From NCBI GenBank assembly GCA_044339595.1, contig JBIIVF010000003.1, positions 1 to 50,000 of the forward strand: a stretch of DNA of 50,000 bases, read 5' to 3'. A model generated the notes under the pieces. That model had not been told where the DNA came from, searched no databases, and worked only from the letters and a program-made list of their open reading frames with translations. Shown here in pieces: positions 19,019 to 28,700 of the stretch (position 1 is the stretch's first letter; every line of letters starts with the position of its first letter). Origin of the DNA: Bacteroidia bacterium (GTDB lineage: Bacteria; Bacteroidota; Bacteroidia; NS11-12g; UBA9320). The position numbers were made by a program, and so were the translations under genes.

Positions 19019-19563
19019 GGTTGTTCATCTTTTTTACATTATTATTGGGGGTGTCGTGCTCTCCGGCCCCTTCACCTGAATGGTATGATGAAAATGGAGA
19101 AAAATATCAACTTAAAGATGAACCGGTGGCCATGATGATATTTGTGCCTGATTGTCCGTGGGCAATACGATATGCCTCCGATTTTCAGAGGCTTCAACAG
19201 GAAAAGGAATTCGACACCCTGAGTTTTGTAGCGGTGATCTCAGGAACGGATTATAACTTGGATGACATCAAGGATTTTCGTGAAAAGTCTGGATATACTG
19301 AACCGATATACAGAGACATTGAAGGTATCACCACCCAATTTTTAAAAGCCACTATTTCACCTGAATTCTTTTTGTTGGATGCGCGTCAAAAGATACAATA
19401 TAGAGGTGCATTCGATAACCGACTGAAAGATTTGGGTCAACATCGATTGAAGGCGGACAGTTTTTATTTTCGGAATGCCATCAAGGCGATGCTTCGTAAC
19501 GATAAGATTTACCCTCATTCAACTCAAGCTGTAGGATGTTATCTCGAAACCATATTGGAATAG
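19015..19563 (+). CDS. Redoxin/thioredoxin-fold lipoprotein
   Basis: Lipobox GVSC, DCPW, SPEFF, YRGAFDN and C-terminal AVGC. ATGA overlap with the kinase. Confidence 0.8.
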   Translation: MRLFIFFTLLLGVSCSPAPSPEWYDENGEKYQLKDEPVAMMIFVPDCPWAIRYASDFQRLQQEKEFDTLSFVAVISGTDYNLDDIKDFREKSGYTEPIYRDIEGITTQFLKATISPEFFLLDARQKIQYRGAFDNRLKDLGQHRLKADSFYFRNAIKAMLRNDKIYPHSTQAVGCYLETILE

Positions 19564-20909
19564 CAGCTGCTATCCTGGGCTGTTTTGCTTTATGGACTTC
19601 CTGTGGGAAGCCTAACGATGCGACTTTTAATGAAGATATTGCACCCATCTTATATAAGCATTGCGTCAGTTGTCACAGGCCGGATGGAGCCGCTCCATTT
19701 TCTTTGATGACTTATAAGGAAGCCTGGAAGAAAAAGAAAACCATTTTAAAAGTGACGAAAAGTGGATATATGCCTCCATGGCCCGCCGATCCTGCGTATT
19801 CTCATTTTTTGGGCGAAAAATTCCTCAATGAGGAGGAAAAAAGCATCATCGAAGACTGGGTTTCAGGAGGAGCGAAAGAAGGACCTACGAATGCATTGCC
19901 GATGCCACCCCAATTTCCAGGATCATCTTTATTGGGGAAACCTGATCTGACCTTGACGGCCGATAGTTTTTTCATTCCCGGTGATAATCGCGATCGGTTT
20001 TTGCTGATGAAACTGCCTTTTCAACTCGATAGCGACACTTTTATCCGGGCAATTGAATTTATTCCCGGCAAAAACGGTTTGGTCCATCACATGAATGGCC
20101 ATCTGCTCATGTATCAGGAGGATCAAAAAAAGGATGTTTTTAAAGGCCGGCGGGTCATGAACATTGAAACAGATCCTTATGAAGCGTACGTAAAGTTATT
20201 TGAATCGATGATGTTTTACAACGATGATGGCAGCATCCCGCGGCGCATTCATTCAGCCGTGAACTATCTGCCCGGTGTAGAAGCACAAATGTATCCCGAA
20301 GGGATTGGCGGATTCAGGGTATTTCGCAAAGGAGCCATCGTTGCCAACGACATTCATTACGGACCGCAACCCAAAGGAGTTTGGGATCAATCAAAAGTGA
20401 ATATCTTTTTTGCCTCAAAACCGCCGGAACGGGAAGTGGCAGAAATCATGTTGGGTACCAATGGCGTATCACCGATCGTTCCACCCTTGAAAATCCCACC
20501 CAACAAGATCAGTACTTTCCGAACAGAATACAACGTACCTGCCGACATCAGTATTTTAACCATCAACCCGCATTTACATTTATTGGGGAGCAATTTTCTG
20601 GCGTATGCGTTAAAACCAACCGGCGACACCATTCGGTTGATATCCATCCCGAAGTGGGATTTCAGATGGCAATATTTCTACACCTATCCAAGTATGTTGC
20701 CCATCCCTGCCGGTTCCCGCATTGTAGTAGAAGCAACTTTTGACAATACTGCTGAAAATCCGTTCAATCCGAATCATCCTCCGGATTGGGTTTCAGAAAG
20801 ACTGGAGAGGGGCGGTGCCGGCATGCGAACTACCGATGAAATGTTGCAATTCATCATTTCATACACACCATATAAAGCAGGAGATGAGAATGTGTCTTTG
20901 AAGAGGTGA
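19536..20909 (+). CDS. Lipoprotein with c-type cytochrome domain and copper type II (PHM/DBH-like) monooxygenase domains
   Basis: Lipobox WTSC, CVSCH and MPPW, followed by VHHM, IHY, PHLH, WDFRWQ and DEM. Confidence 0.75.
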   Translation: MLSRNHIGIAAAILGCFALWTSCGKPNDATFNEDIAPILYKHCVSCHRPDGAAPFSLMTYKEAWKKKKTILKVTKSGYMPPWPADPAYSHFLGEKFLNEEEKSIIEDWVSGGAKEGPTNALPMPPQFPGSSLLGKPDLTLTADSFFIPGDNRDRFLLMKLPFQLDSDTFIRAIEFIPGKNGLVHHMNGHLLMYQEDQKKDVFKGRRVMNIETDPYEAYVKLFESMMFYNDDGSIPRRIHSAVNYLPGVEAQMYPEGIGGFRVFRKGAIVANDIHYGPQPKGVWDQSKVNIFFASKPPEREVAEIMLGTNGVSPIVPPLKIPPNKISTFRTEYNVPADISILTINPHLHLLGSNFLAYALKPTGDTIRLISIPKWDFRWQYFYTYPSMLPIPAGSRIVVEATFDNTAENPFNPNHPPDWVSERLERGGAGMRTTDEMLQFIISYTPYKAGDENVSLKR

Positions 20910-20920
20910 GGTTAATTTCC

Positions 20921-20970
20921 AACCCTTCAAGGGACCGACACCCTTGAAGGGTTGACCACCCTTGAAGGGT
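20921..20970. repeat. REP-like palindromic units (three copies, 18-bp spacing); likely also a terminator hairpin
   Basis: ACCCTTCAAGGGA at 20922 and ACCCTTGAAGGGT at 20940 and 20958. 13-bp stem 20921-20933/20941-20953 between convergent genes. Confidence 0.7.
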
Positions 20971-20973
20971 GTG

Positions 20974-21951
20974 TCAGATTGCCATCAAACTGCACCCCCG
21001 CATTTCACTGTAATCTGTCCGCCCTAATATTTCGATGCTGCCATCGGGATGTTCAATCCCCAGGTCTGCGGTAGCTATAAAAGGGCACGTTTGATGATTC
21101 GCTAAGTCTATGATGCAGATTTTGCCGGATTGACCGGGAGGCAGAATTTGAAATGGGTCATTTTTGTCCATAATGTAGATTCGTATCCAGGGCGGCAACT
21201 TCAAAAGGCCATCCTTCAGTGAATAAGCCATGCTTTGCAATTCTGTCATGCCGTATTCAGTGCAGATATTTTCAATGCCGAATCCACTTTTGAGCTGTTC
21301 ATGCAATTCTGCCCGGATAATTTCTGTATGCCTTCCTTTCATTCCGCCGGTTTCAATGACCATGGTATCTGCCGGCAAAACAGGTTTAGTAGATGCATAA
21401 TCGAGCAATGCCCAGGTTACGCCAAACAACAAAATCTTTCTCTCTTTGGGCGCCTTTTGCAAGGCCATGTTCAGCTTATCTAATTGATAGGTATAGAAAC
21501 CACCTTCATAACCTGAAAGCGTCATCAGGTGTTGCACCATATAAATAAGCGATGAGTTTTGCCTTTCGATATATCCGGGAAGCAAACCGTAAATGGCATA
21601 ATCTGCCGGATCGCCGAAAGTGCGAACAAAGGTTTCATGAATTATCTCACCGTAATGTGCTAAATCAGGTAAATAATGTCGGCTGAGCCCTTTGCCCGTG
21701 GTTGAGCTGCTTTCGAATATGCGCTCCTCCGTTAGTCCGGACAGAAGCACCCGGGATGATTTGAACATATCAACGGGCATGAACGGGATTTCATGACATT
21801 CTCTTACTTTTGTAGTGTCTTTGCCGAGAAAACGGACGAATTCAGCGTAAACCGGATTATATTTTAGATGTTTCTGAAATAATTCGAGAGCAAGGTCGTT
21901 GAACCCATGTTGATCTAAAGATGTTAACCTTTCGGAAAAAGCGCTTGTCAT
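20974..21951 (-). CDS. LuxE/PaaK-family acyl-protein synthetase/acyltransferase
   Basis: FESSSTTG, ETGGMKG, EYGMTEL, IATADLG and GR...RGCS motifs. Confidence 0.85.
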   Translation of the reverse strand: MTSAFSERLTSLDQHGFNDLALELFQKHLKYNPVYAEFVRFLGKDTTKVRECHEIPFMPVDMFKSSRVLLSGLTEERIFESSSTTGKGLSRHYLPDLAHYGEIIHETFVRTFGDPADYAIYGLLPGYIERQNSSLIYMVQHLMTLSGYEGGFYTYQLDKLNMALQKAPKERKILLFGVTWALLDYASTKPVLPADTMVIETGGMKGRHTEIIRAELHEQLKSGFGIENICTEYGMTELQSMAYSLKDGLLKLPPWIRIYIMDKNDPFQILPPGQSGKICIIDLANHQTCPFIATADLGIEHPDGSIEILGRTDYSEMRGCSLMAI

Positions 21952-22482
21952 TTGAACTTCAAAGGTAATTATATCCTGTTTCTGTTGTTTATGGTTTCCA
22001 CATCATGGTGGTCATGCCGCGATGGGGATGATCCCGGATTTCAAAGGCCACCGGAAATTTCCTTTTTGGGGTTTGAAAAAGTAAAGTCGCCGGGAACCGG
22101 GAAAGATTCATTGCTGGTTTTAAAAATTGGGTACAAAGATGAGAATGGAGATTTGGGTTTGTCACTGACAGATACAGGGGCCCCTTATAATCAAGGACTT
22201 TTCAGATATAATTTATGGGTAGATATCATGGATTTAGATAATGGTGGGGAGGATACCATTAAAGTACCCGGTACCTCATTTAATCAAATATTTCATCAAC
22301 GCATTCCGGATTTACTACCTTCGGGAAGGAATAAATATGTTGAAGGAGAAATTGAGGTTTCCTATGATGCCAGCAGCCTTACCATTTACCCCAATACTGT
22401 AAAGGTCTATCTGCAAATGGTCGATCGACGTTTGCAGTTGAGCAACAAAGTAAACAGTGGTCCTATCCAAATCGAACATTGA
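21952..22482 (+). CDS. Hypothetical lipoprotein
   Basis: Hydrophobic N-terminus ending WSC, with P.ISF and YKDENGDLG. TTG start abuts the divergent ATG, so the start is uncertain. Confidence 0.7.
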   Translation: MNFKGNYILFLLFMVSTSWWSCRDGDDPGFQRPPEISFLGFEKVKSPGTGKDSLLVLKIGYKDENGDLGLSLTDTGAPYNQGLFRYNLWVDIMDLDNGGEDTIKVPGTSFNQIFHQRIPDLLPSGRNKYVEGEIEVSYDASSLTIYPNTVKVYLQMVDRRLQLSNKVNSGPIQIEH

Positions 22483-22626
22483 TTGTATATAATAGTGAAC
22501 AACCTGCATCCATTTATGCCATCAGGTCAAATGGTTAATTTTGATTATAATTGCGCACTTTTACACGCTTTTTGGCCATCGATTTGAATTGGAACACGGT
22601 TTGAAACCCAAAAGAAAAAGACAAAT

Positions 22627-23238
22627 ATGAAAATATTGAAGAAAGCTCCCTTTTTGATTGCGATGAGTTGTTTTATGCTCTTAGGCACAAACACGTTTGC
22701 ACAGAAATTTGGTTACGTAGATACAGAATATATTCTTGGACAACTTCCGTCTTATCGTTCTGCTCAAAAACAAGTAGATGAGCAAAGCGAAAAATGGCAA
22801 AAGGAAGTGGATAAGCTGTATGCCGATATCGACAAAATGTACAAAGATTATCAGGCCGAAAAAGTCATTCTAAGCGGTGAACTTCAAAAGAAAAGAGAAG
22901 AAGAAATCATTGTGAAGGAAAGAGAAGCTAAAAAGTATCAGCAAGATAAATTTGGCTACGAGGGCGAATTATTTAAGAAAAGACAGGAATTCATCAAGCC
23001 GATTCAAGATCAGGTTTATGATGCCATTCAAAAGATCGCCAAAGAAAATACACTCGATTTTATTTTTGATAAATCAGGCGATATGGTCATGCTTTTCAGC
23101 AATTCAAAATACGACAAGAGTGATGAAGTGTTGCAAGAATTAGGGGTAGTTAAAACCAAAGAAACCCCGGGAAGTAAACCTGTAAACAAAGACAATTTAC
23201 CTCCGGAACCGAAAGGGGATGAATTACCACCAAGATAA
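22627..23238 (+). CDS. ompH: OmpH/Skp family periplasmic chaperone
   Basis: Signal peptide, QKFGYVDTEYIL, coiled coil, and IKPIQD...DFIFDK. Confidence 0.9.
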   Translation: MKILKKAPFLIAMSCFMLLGTNTFAQKFGYVDTEYILGQLPSYRSAQKQVDEQSEKWQKEVDKLYADIDKMYKDYQAEKVILSGELQKKREEEIIVKEREAKKYQQDKFGYEGELFKKRQEFIKPIQDQVYDAIQKIAKENTLDFIFDKSGDMVMLFSNSKYDKSDEVLQELGVVKTKETPGSKPVNKDNLPPEPKGDELPPR

Positions 23239-23269
23239 AATTTTAATAAACAATCAAACAATTAAATTA

Positions 23270-23803
23270 ATGAAATACACAATGAAAAAAGTGATGATGG
23301 TGTTGGTAATGCTTGCAGCAGGCATGGTAGCACAAGCTCAATCTAAAATTGCCCACGTAAATTCGGGTGAATTGCTTCAAAAAATGCCTGAAATCAAGGA
23401 GGTAGAAACAAAGTTGACGGATTATCAAGCCTCTTATGAGAAACAATTGCTTCAGATGCAGACCGATATTCAGGAAAAAAGCGCTGCCCTTCAGGAAGAC
23501 AAAACATCTCCAAAGACCATTTTGGCGGTGAAACAGAAGGAATTGGAAGATATGTATAGCAATTACCAACAGTTGCAAGCGTCTGCCCAAGAAGACATCA
23601 TGGCGAAAAGAGAGGAATTGCTCGAACCCATCATCAAAAAGTTGAAAGATTCAATTGCAGCAGTAGCCAAAGAAAAAGGCTACGAATATGTGATGGATTC
23701 AACTGAAGGTGGAGGATTGATTTATGGCGATCCCAAGCACGATTTAATGACAGACGTGCTGAAGAAATTGAATATTACTGCGCCTACTACACCGGCAAAA
23801 TAA
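23270..23803 (+). CDS. ompH: OmpH/Skp family periplasmic chaperone (second copy)
   Basis: Signal peptide, KIAHVNS, coiled coil and AVAKEKGYEYVMD. Alternative start 23282. Confidence 0.88.
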   Translation: MKYTMKKVMMVLVMLAAGMVAQAQSKIAHVNSGELLQKMPEIKEVETKLTDYQASYEKQLLQMQTDIQEKSAALQEDKTSPKTILAVKQKELEDMYSNYQQLQASAQEDIMAKREELLEPIIKKLKDSIAAVAKEKGYEYVMDSTEGGGLIYGDPKHDLMTDVLKKLNITAPTTPAK

Positions 23804-24621
23804 TGATGTCTTTTCAGGCAAAACCATCTGCAGATGGGCCCATCGGAATATTTGATTCCGGCATCGGTGGCCTTACGGTTGCCAGGGCTATTTTAGATGC
23901 TTTGCCCAATGAAGAGATTATCTACTTTGGAGATACGGCCCACTTGCCTTATGGCGATAAGTCGGGCGATGCGATTCGGTATTATGTAGCCAAGATTTCA
24001 GACTTTTTATATGGCCGGGGTTGCAAAGCCCTGGTCATTGCTTGTAATACGGCCAGCAGCGTGCTCGAAAGGGCTTCCCTGCCACCATTCCATAAAGATC
24101 TAATTATCAATGTAGTGGATCCGGTGGTTCAATGGGTCGCTGCTCAAGAAACCATCAAGTCGGTAGGTGTGATTGGCACCAAACGTACCATCAGCAGCGG
24201 TATTTATGCCAGGAGACTCAAAACCAAACTCAAAGACATTCAAGTTAAAAACCTGAGTACGCCTTTGTTGGCGCCGATGATTGAAGAAGGTTTTTTTAAC
24301 AACAATATTTCTAAAGCCATTGTGGCATCCTACCTCGATAAGATTACCGACATTGATGCTTTAATATTAGGCTGCACGCACTATCCACTGATCAAAAAGG
24401 AAATTAGTGCCTATTACCAGAATCAAATACCTTTGATTGATGCACCGGCATTGGTTTCCACCAAACTGAAAGACCATCTCGATGCGCTAAATTTGCGCAG
24501 AATAGGAGTTACTCCACATCAAAAATTCTTTGTTTCTGACTACACAACCGGGTTTGAAGAAGCCGCAAGACTGTTCTTTGGAGAAAGTGTTCATCTCGAG
24601 GAAAAAAACATCTGGAAATAA
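23803..24621 (+). CDS. murI: Glutamate racemase
   Basis: IFDSGIGG, PYG.K, ACNTA and LGCTHY motifs. Confidence 0.95.
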   Translation: MMSFQAKPSADGPIGIFDSGIGGLTVARAILDALPNEEIIYFGDTAHLPYGDKSGDAIRYYVAKISDFLYGRGCKALVIACNTASSVLERASLPPFHKDLIINVVDPVVQWVAAQETIKSVGVIGTKRTISSGIYARRLKTKLKDIQVKNLSTPLLAPMIEEGFFNNNISKAIVASYLDKITDIDALILGCTHYPLIKKEISAYYQNQIPLIDAPALVSTKLKDHLDALNLRRIGVTPHQKFFVSDYTTGFEEAARLFFGESVHLEEKNIWK

Positions 24622-24730
24622 TCTGTCAATTAATTGACAATCCGTTTTGACATTTCGTAGAAAAAACCGCTATCTTAGCAAAATAGAACAAGGGGTATTT
24701 TGAAAATTTCAATTTAAAGGTGGCTTGAAG

Positions 24731-25714
24731 ATGTTGGGAAAAGTTTTAATTGTGGATGATATGCACCCCTTGTTCATGGAATCCTTGTGCGAAAATTTCC
24801 ATTTAGACTTTAAGCCTGGACTAAATTATTCAGACACATCCTCATTGATTCCGGATTACGACGTTTTGGTGGTCAGAACCGGCATCGTGGTAGATCAGAA
24901 TTTAATCAACCTGGCAACCCATCTAAAAGTCATAGCTCGGGCTGGCGCAGGAATGGATAACATCGACGTAGACGCAGCTGAATTAAGAGGAATTGTTTGT
25001 GTAAATGCCCCTGAAGGAAACCGGGATGCGGTAGCAGAGCAGACGGTCGGAACCCTGCTGGCATTGTTGCATAATATAGCAAAATCAGACCGGGAGGTTC
25101 GGCGATACAGTTGGAACAGAGAAGCCAACAGAGGAACCGAACTTGGTGAGAAAACAGTAGCGATTATTGGATACGGAAATACAGGAGAGCAGGTAGCGCG
25201 AAGATTAGGAGCTTTTAATTGCCGTATTTTGGCTTTTGACCTCTTCAAACAGAATTTCGGAACCGAGTATGTTAAGGAGACCGATATGAATCAAATTTTT
25301 GAGGAAGCCGACATCGTCAGTTTGCATGTGCCGCTCACAGATTTAACCCTCCGAATGCTGAATCTTGATTTTATCAATCGCTTTAAAAAAAACATCACCC
25401 TGCTTAATTTAAGTCGGGGAAAAATCATGGTGCTCCGCGACTTGTTGAACGCCATGGATAACGGCAAAATAATCGCTTTGGGCATGGATGTTCTTGAAAA
25501 TGAGAAAATTCATGGATTGAGTACCGAACAACAAGTTGATTTTGAGCGACTTATATCCAGAGATGATGTGATCATCACCCCCCACGTGGGGGGGTGGACC
25601 GTGGAGTCTTACCGTAAGATTTCAGAAATACTGTCAATCAAAATTAAAGATGTATTCATCGAAAGGTCACAAAAAGAAAACAATTTTGTCAAACACGTCA
25701 AAACTCCAAGATAA
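24731..25714 (+). CDS. D-isomer-specific 2-hydroxyacid dehydrogenase (phosphoglycerate dehydrogenase-like)
   Basis: RAGAGMDNID, IIGYGNTG, SLHVPLT, NLSRG, DVLENE and TPHVGG motifs. Confidence 0.88.
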   Translation: MLGKVLIVDDMHPLFMESLCENFHLDFKPGLNYSDTSSLIPDYDVLVVRTGIVVDQNLINLATHLKVIARAGAGMDNIDVDAAELRGIVCVNAPEGNRDAVAEQTVGTLLALLHNIAKSDREVRRYSWNREANRGTELGEKTVAIIGYGNTGEQVARRLGAFNCRILAFDLFKQNFGTEYVKETDMNQIFEEADIVSLHVPLTDLTLRMLNLDFINRFKKNITLLNLSRGKIMVLRDLLNAMDNGKIIALGMDVLENEKIHGLSTEQQVDFERLISRDDVIITPHVGGWTVESYRKISEILSIKIKDVFIERSQKENNFVKHVKTPR

Positions 25715-25787
25715 TTTCCTTTTTTTGCAAAATCATAGATTGTTAAATATCACCAATTAAAGGAAAAACTCGATAAACACAGTTGTA

Positions 25788-28700
25788 ATGAGTCTTTATA
25801 TGAGCAGAAAAATTTACTTAGTCTTGACCTTAATCCTCACAGCAGGTTGGTCTTTAGCACAATCAAATTTCGGTGAAATCCGGGGAAAGGTGGTCGACGC
25901 CAAAACCAAAAAACCGCTGGATTACATGAACATTTTGGTCACCAAAGACGGCATGAGCAAAGGTGGTGCTATGACGGATGATAATGGGAACTATTACATC
26001 AAGGCTTTGGAGCCGGGTAGTTACACGATTGTAGCGAAGTATATCGACTATCGTGATTACGAAGAGCGCGGTGTTGCGGTGCGTGCCAATAACATCACTT
26101 ATGTGAATGTTGAAATGTCAAAAGCAGATGCCCAGGAATTAAATGTGGTGGTAGTTAAAAAATGGAAAACGCCCATCGTGAAAGATGGTGAAAATAGCAA
26201 AACATTTTCTGACGGAGATATTGTAAAACTTCCTACCCGAAGCTTGGGAGCCATAGCCGCTACCGCATCGGGTGTATCTTCAACCAGCGCCGGGGTGAGT
26301 TTTATCGGGCAGCGTTCTGATGGTACGCGTTATTTTGTGGATGGAGTTCCGGTGGTTGGTTCAGTGAATCTTCCGCAGGCAGCTCAAGGTCAAATTGATA
26401 TCATTCAATCAGGAATTCCTGCCCAGTTTGGTGACTTTACAGGTGGGGCGATTAGCATTACCACAAAAGGTCCATCGGCTATTTTTAGGAAGAGTGTCGA
26501 GTTAATTTCTTCCAGCATGTTTGATCCTTATCATTACAATCAGTTGGAAGGATTTGTTTCCGGCCCATTAAAAATAAAGAACAAAGGTGGAGGTGATAAA
26601 GAATATGTTGCTTGGGGTTTCCAATTGTCTGGAAATATTAACTATCAAAAAGATCCGAGTCCGGCATTTGGAGGATTGTATGTGGTGAATGATGAAAAAC
26701 TGAAAGAACTTGAAGAAAATCCGCTCGTTGCCAACCCATTGGGCGGAGGATTTGTTCCAAGTTCTTCTTTCATTACCAAAAATGATATGGTAAAAGAGAA
26801 GGCACGCAGAAATGTGGCCCAGATTGCCAGTGTTGTGCAAGGTAAACTCGAGTACCAACCCAATAAAAACACCAACATTACTTTCTTCGGTAGCTATAAC
26901 TACCAGGTAAACGACAATTTTTCATACAGCAACTATTTGATGAATTATAAAAACTTCAGCCAATCCGTTGCCCAAACGTACCGTACTTATTTGAAATTCA
27001 CTCAAAAGCTTCGCAACGAAAACGAGAATGACAAATCCAAAAAAGAAGATAAGTCATTGTTGACAGATGCATTTTATACCGTTCGTCTCGATTATCAGGC
27101 AAGTTTGAGAAATAGTTACAACCCTTTCCATGGCGAGAATATTTTTAATTATGGCTATTTGGGTAAATTTGAACGTCATCGTGCACCGGTGTATGGATAT
27201 AATTCGAACACCCAGTTGCATATCGATCAAAAAGGAGATACCGTAACCAGAGCAGGATTTTGGGAATTGGTGGGTTTCAGAGATACATTGATTACCTACG
27301 AGGCACGCGACAAGAATCCTTTGTTGTCGAGATATACTGAAAACTTCTTTAACAATGCTGCTGATTTAGGTCAACCAGTATTCAGTGAAAACCAGATTTT
27401 ACAGGGTCAGGGAGTATTGAACGGCTTTGGTATTCCCAATACCTATTCACTGTGGTTCAATCCGGGAAACATTACCGCCAATTACAGCAAAAGTATGTTT
27501 GAGCGGATTTCAGCGTATGCCATGGGAGAGGCTTCTTTAAACTTGACGAATAAACACGATCTTCAATTTGGTATAACTTACGAGCAGAATATTGCAAGTG
27601 GTTATGGAATCAGTGCCAACAGTCTTTGGAGATTGATGCCTTTGTTGGCCAACAGCCACATCGATCAGCTCGATAAAATTACCACCGGAAGCTATGTGCA
27701 AGGCGGCACCCACTCTTATGACCAATTCGGGAACTTCTTAGATACCGTAAGCTATAACATTCGCGTTAATTCGGATGCACAATCAACTTTCGACAAAAAC
27801 CTCCGTCAAAAATTGATGAATAATGGCGCGAGAGATGTAAATGGTAATTTAATCGGAGAGCGCTCATTTATTGACATCAATGCGTTAGATCCGAGCATGT
27901 TCAATTTGAATATGTTTAGTGCCGAAGATTTGTGGAACAATGGTAATAGCTATGTTTCTTATTACGGATATGACTACAAAGGAAATCGTGTGAGAAACAA
28001 ACCAAGCTTATCTCAATTCCTTTATGACAAGCAAAACCGAAGCATTGGGTCTTTTGCCCCTATTTATTCAGCGGCATGGTTGCAGGATAAATTTGCTTTC
28101 AAAGATTTGATTTTGCGCGTTGGGGTTCGTATTGAAAGATATGATGCCAATCAATTTGTATTGAAAGATAACTACTCACTTTATCCAATCCAATCGGTTG
28201 GAGAAGTGAAAGAATTAAACGGTTTGCCTGTGACCCATCCGGGTAACTTGGGCGAGGACTTCTCTGTGTATGTCAACAATACTGAGAATCCAACAAAAAT
28301 CATCGGTTACAGAAAAGAGAATGTATGGTACGATGCCAATGGTATCGAAATCAGCTCTCCTGACTTTTTAGCGAATCAAACTACCAATGGTAGAATTCAA
28401 CCTTTATTGTCAGATCCAAAGAATCAGGAAGTGACCAAAGAATCATTTGTAGATTATGATCCACAAATCAATGTTTTGCCAAGGGTTTGGTTTTCATTTC
28501 CTATCAATTCAGATGCTCAATTCTTTGCCAATTATGATGTTTTGGCTCAGCGTCCTGGAGATGGTGCCACTTTTGCGCCCATTAATAACTATTACTTCTT
28601 AGAAGCGACTCAAGGTGGAACCATTGCTAATGCCGGGTTGAAACCACGTATTCGTACCAATTATGAATTAGGATTTAAGCAAAAACTGACCGATAATTCG

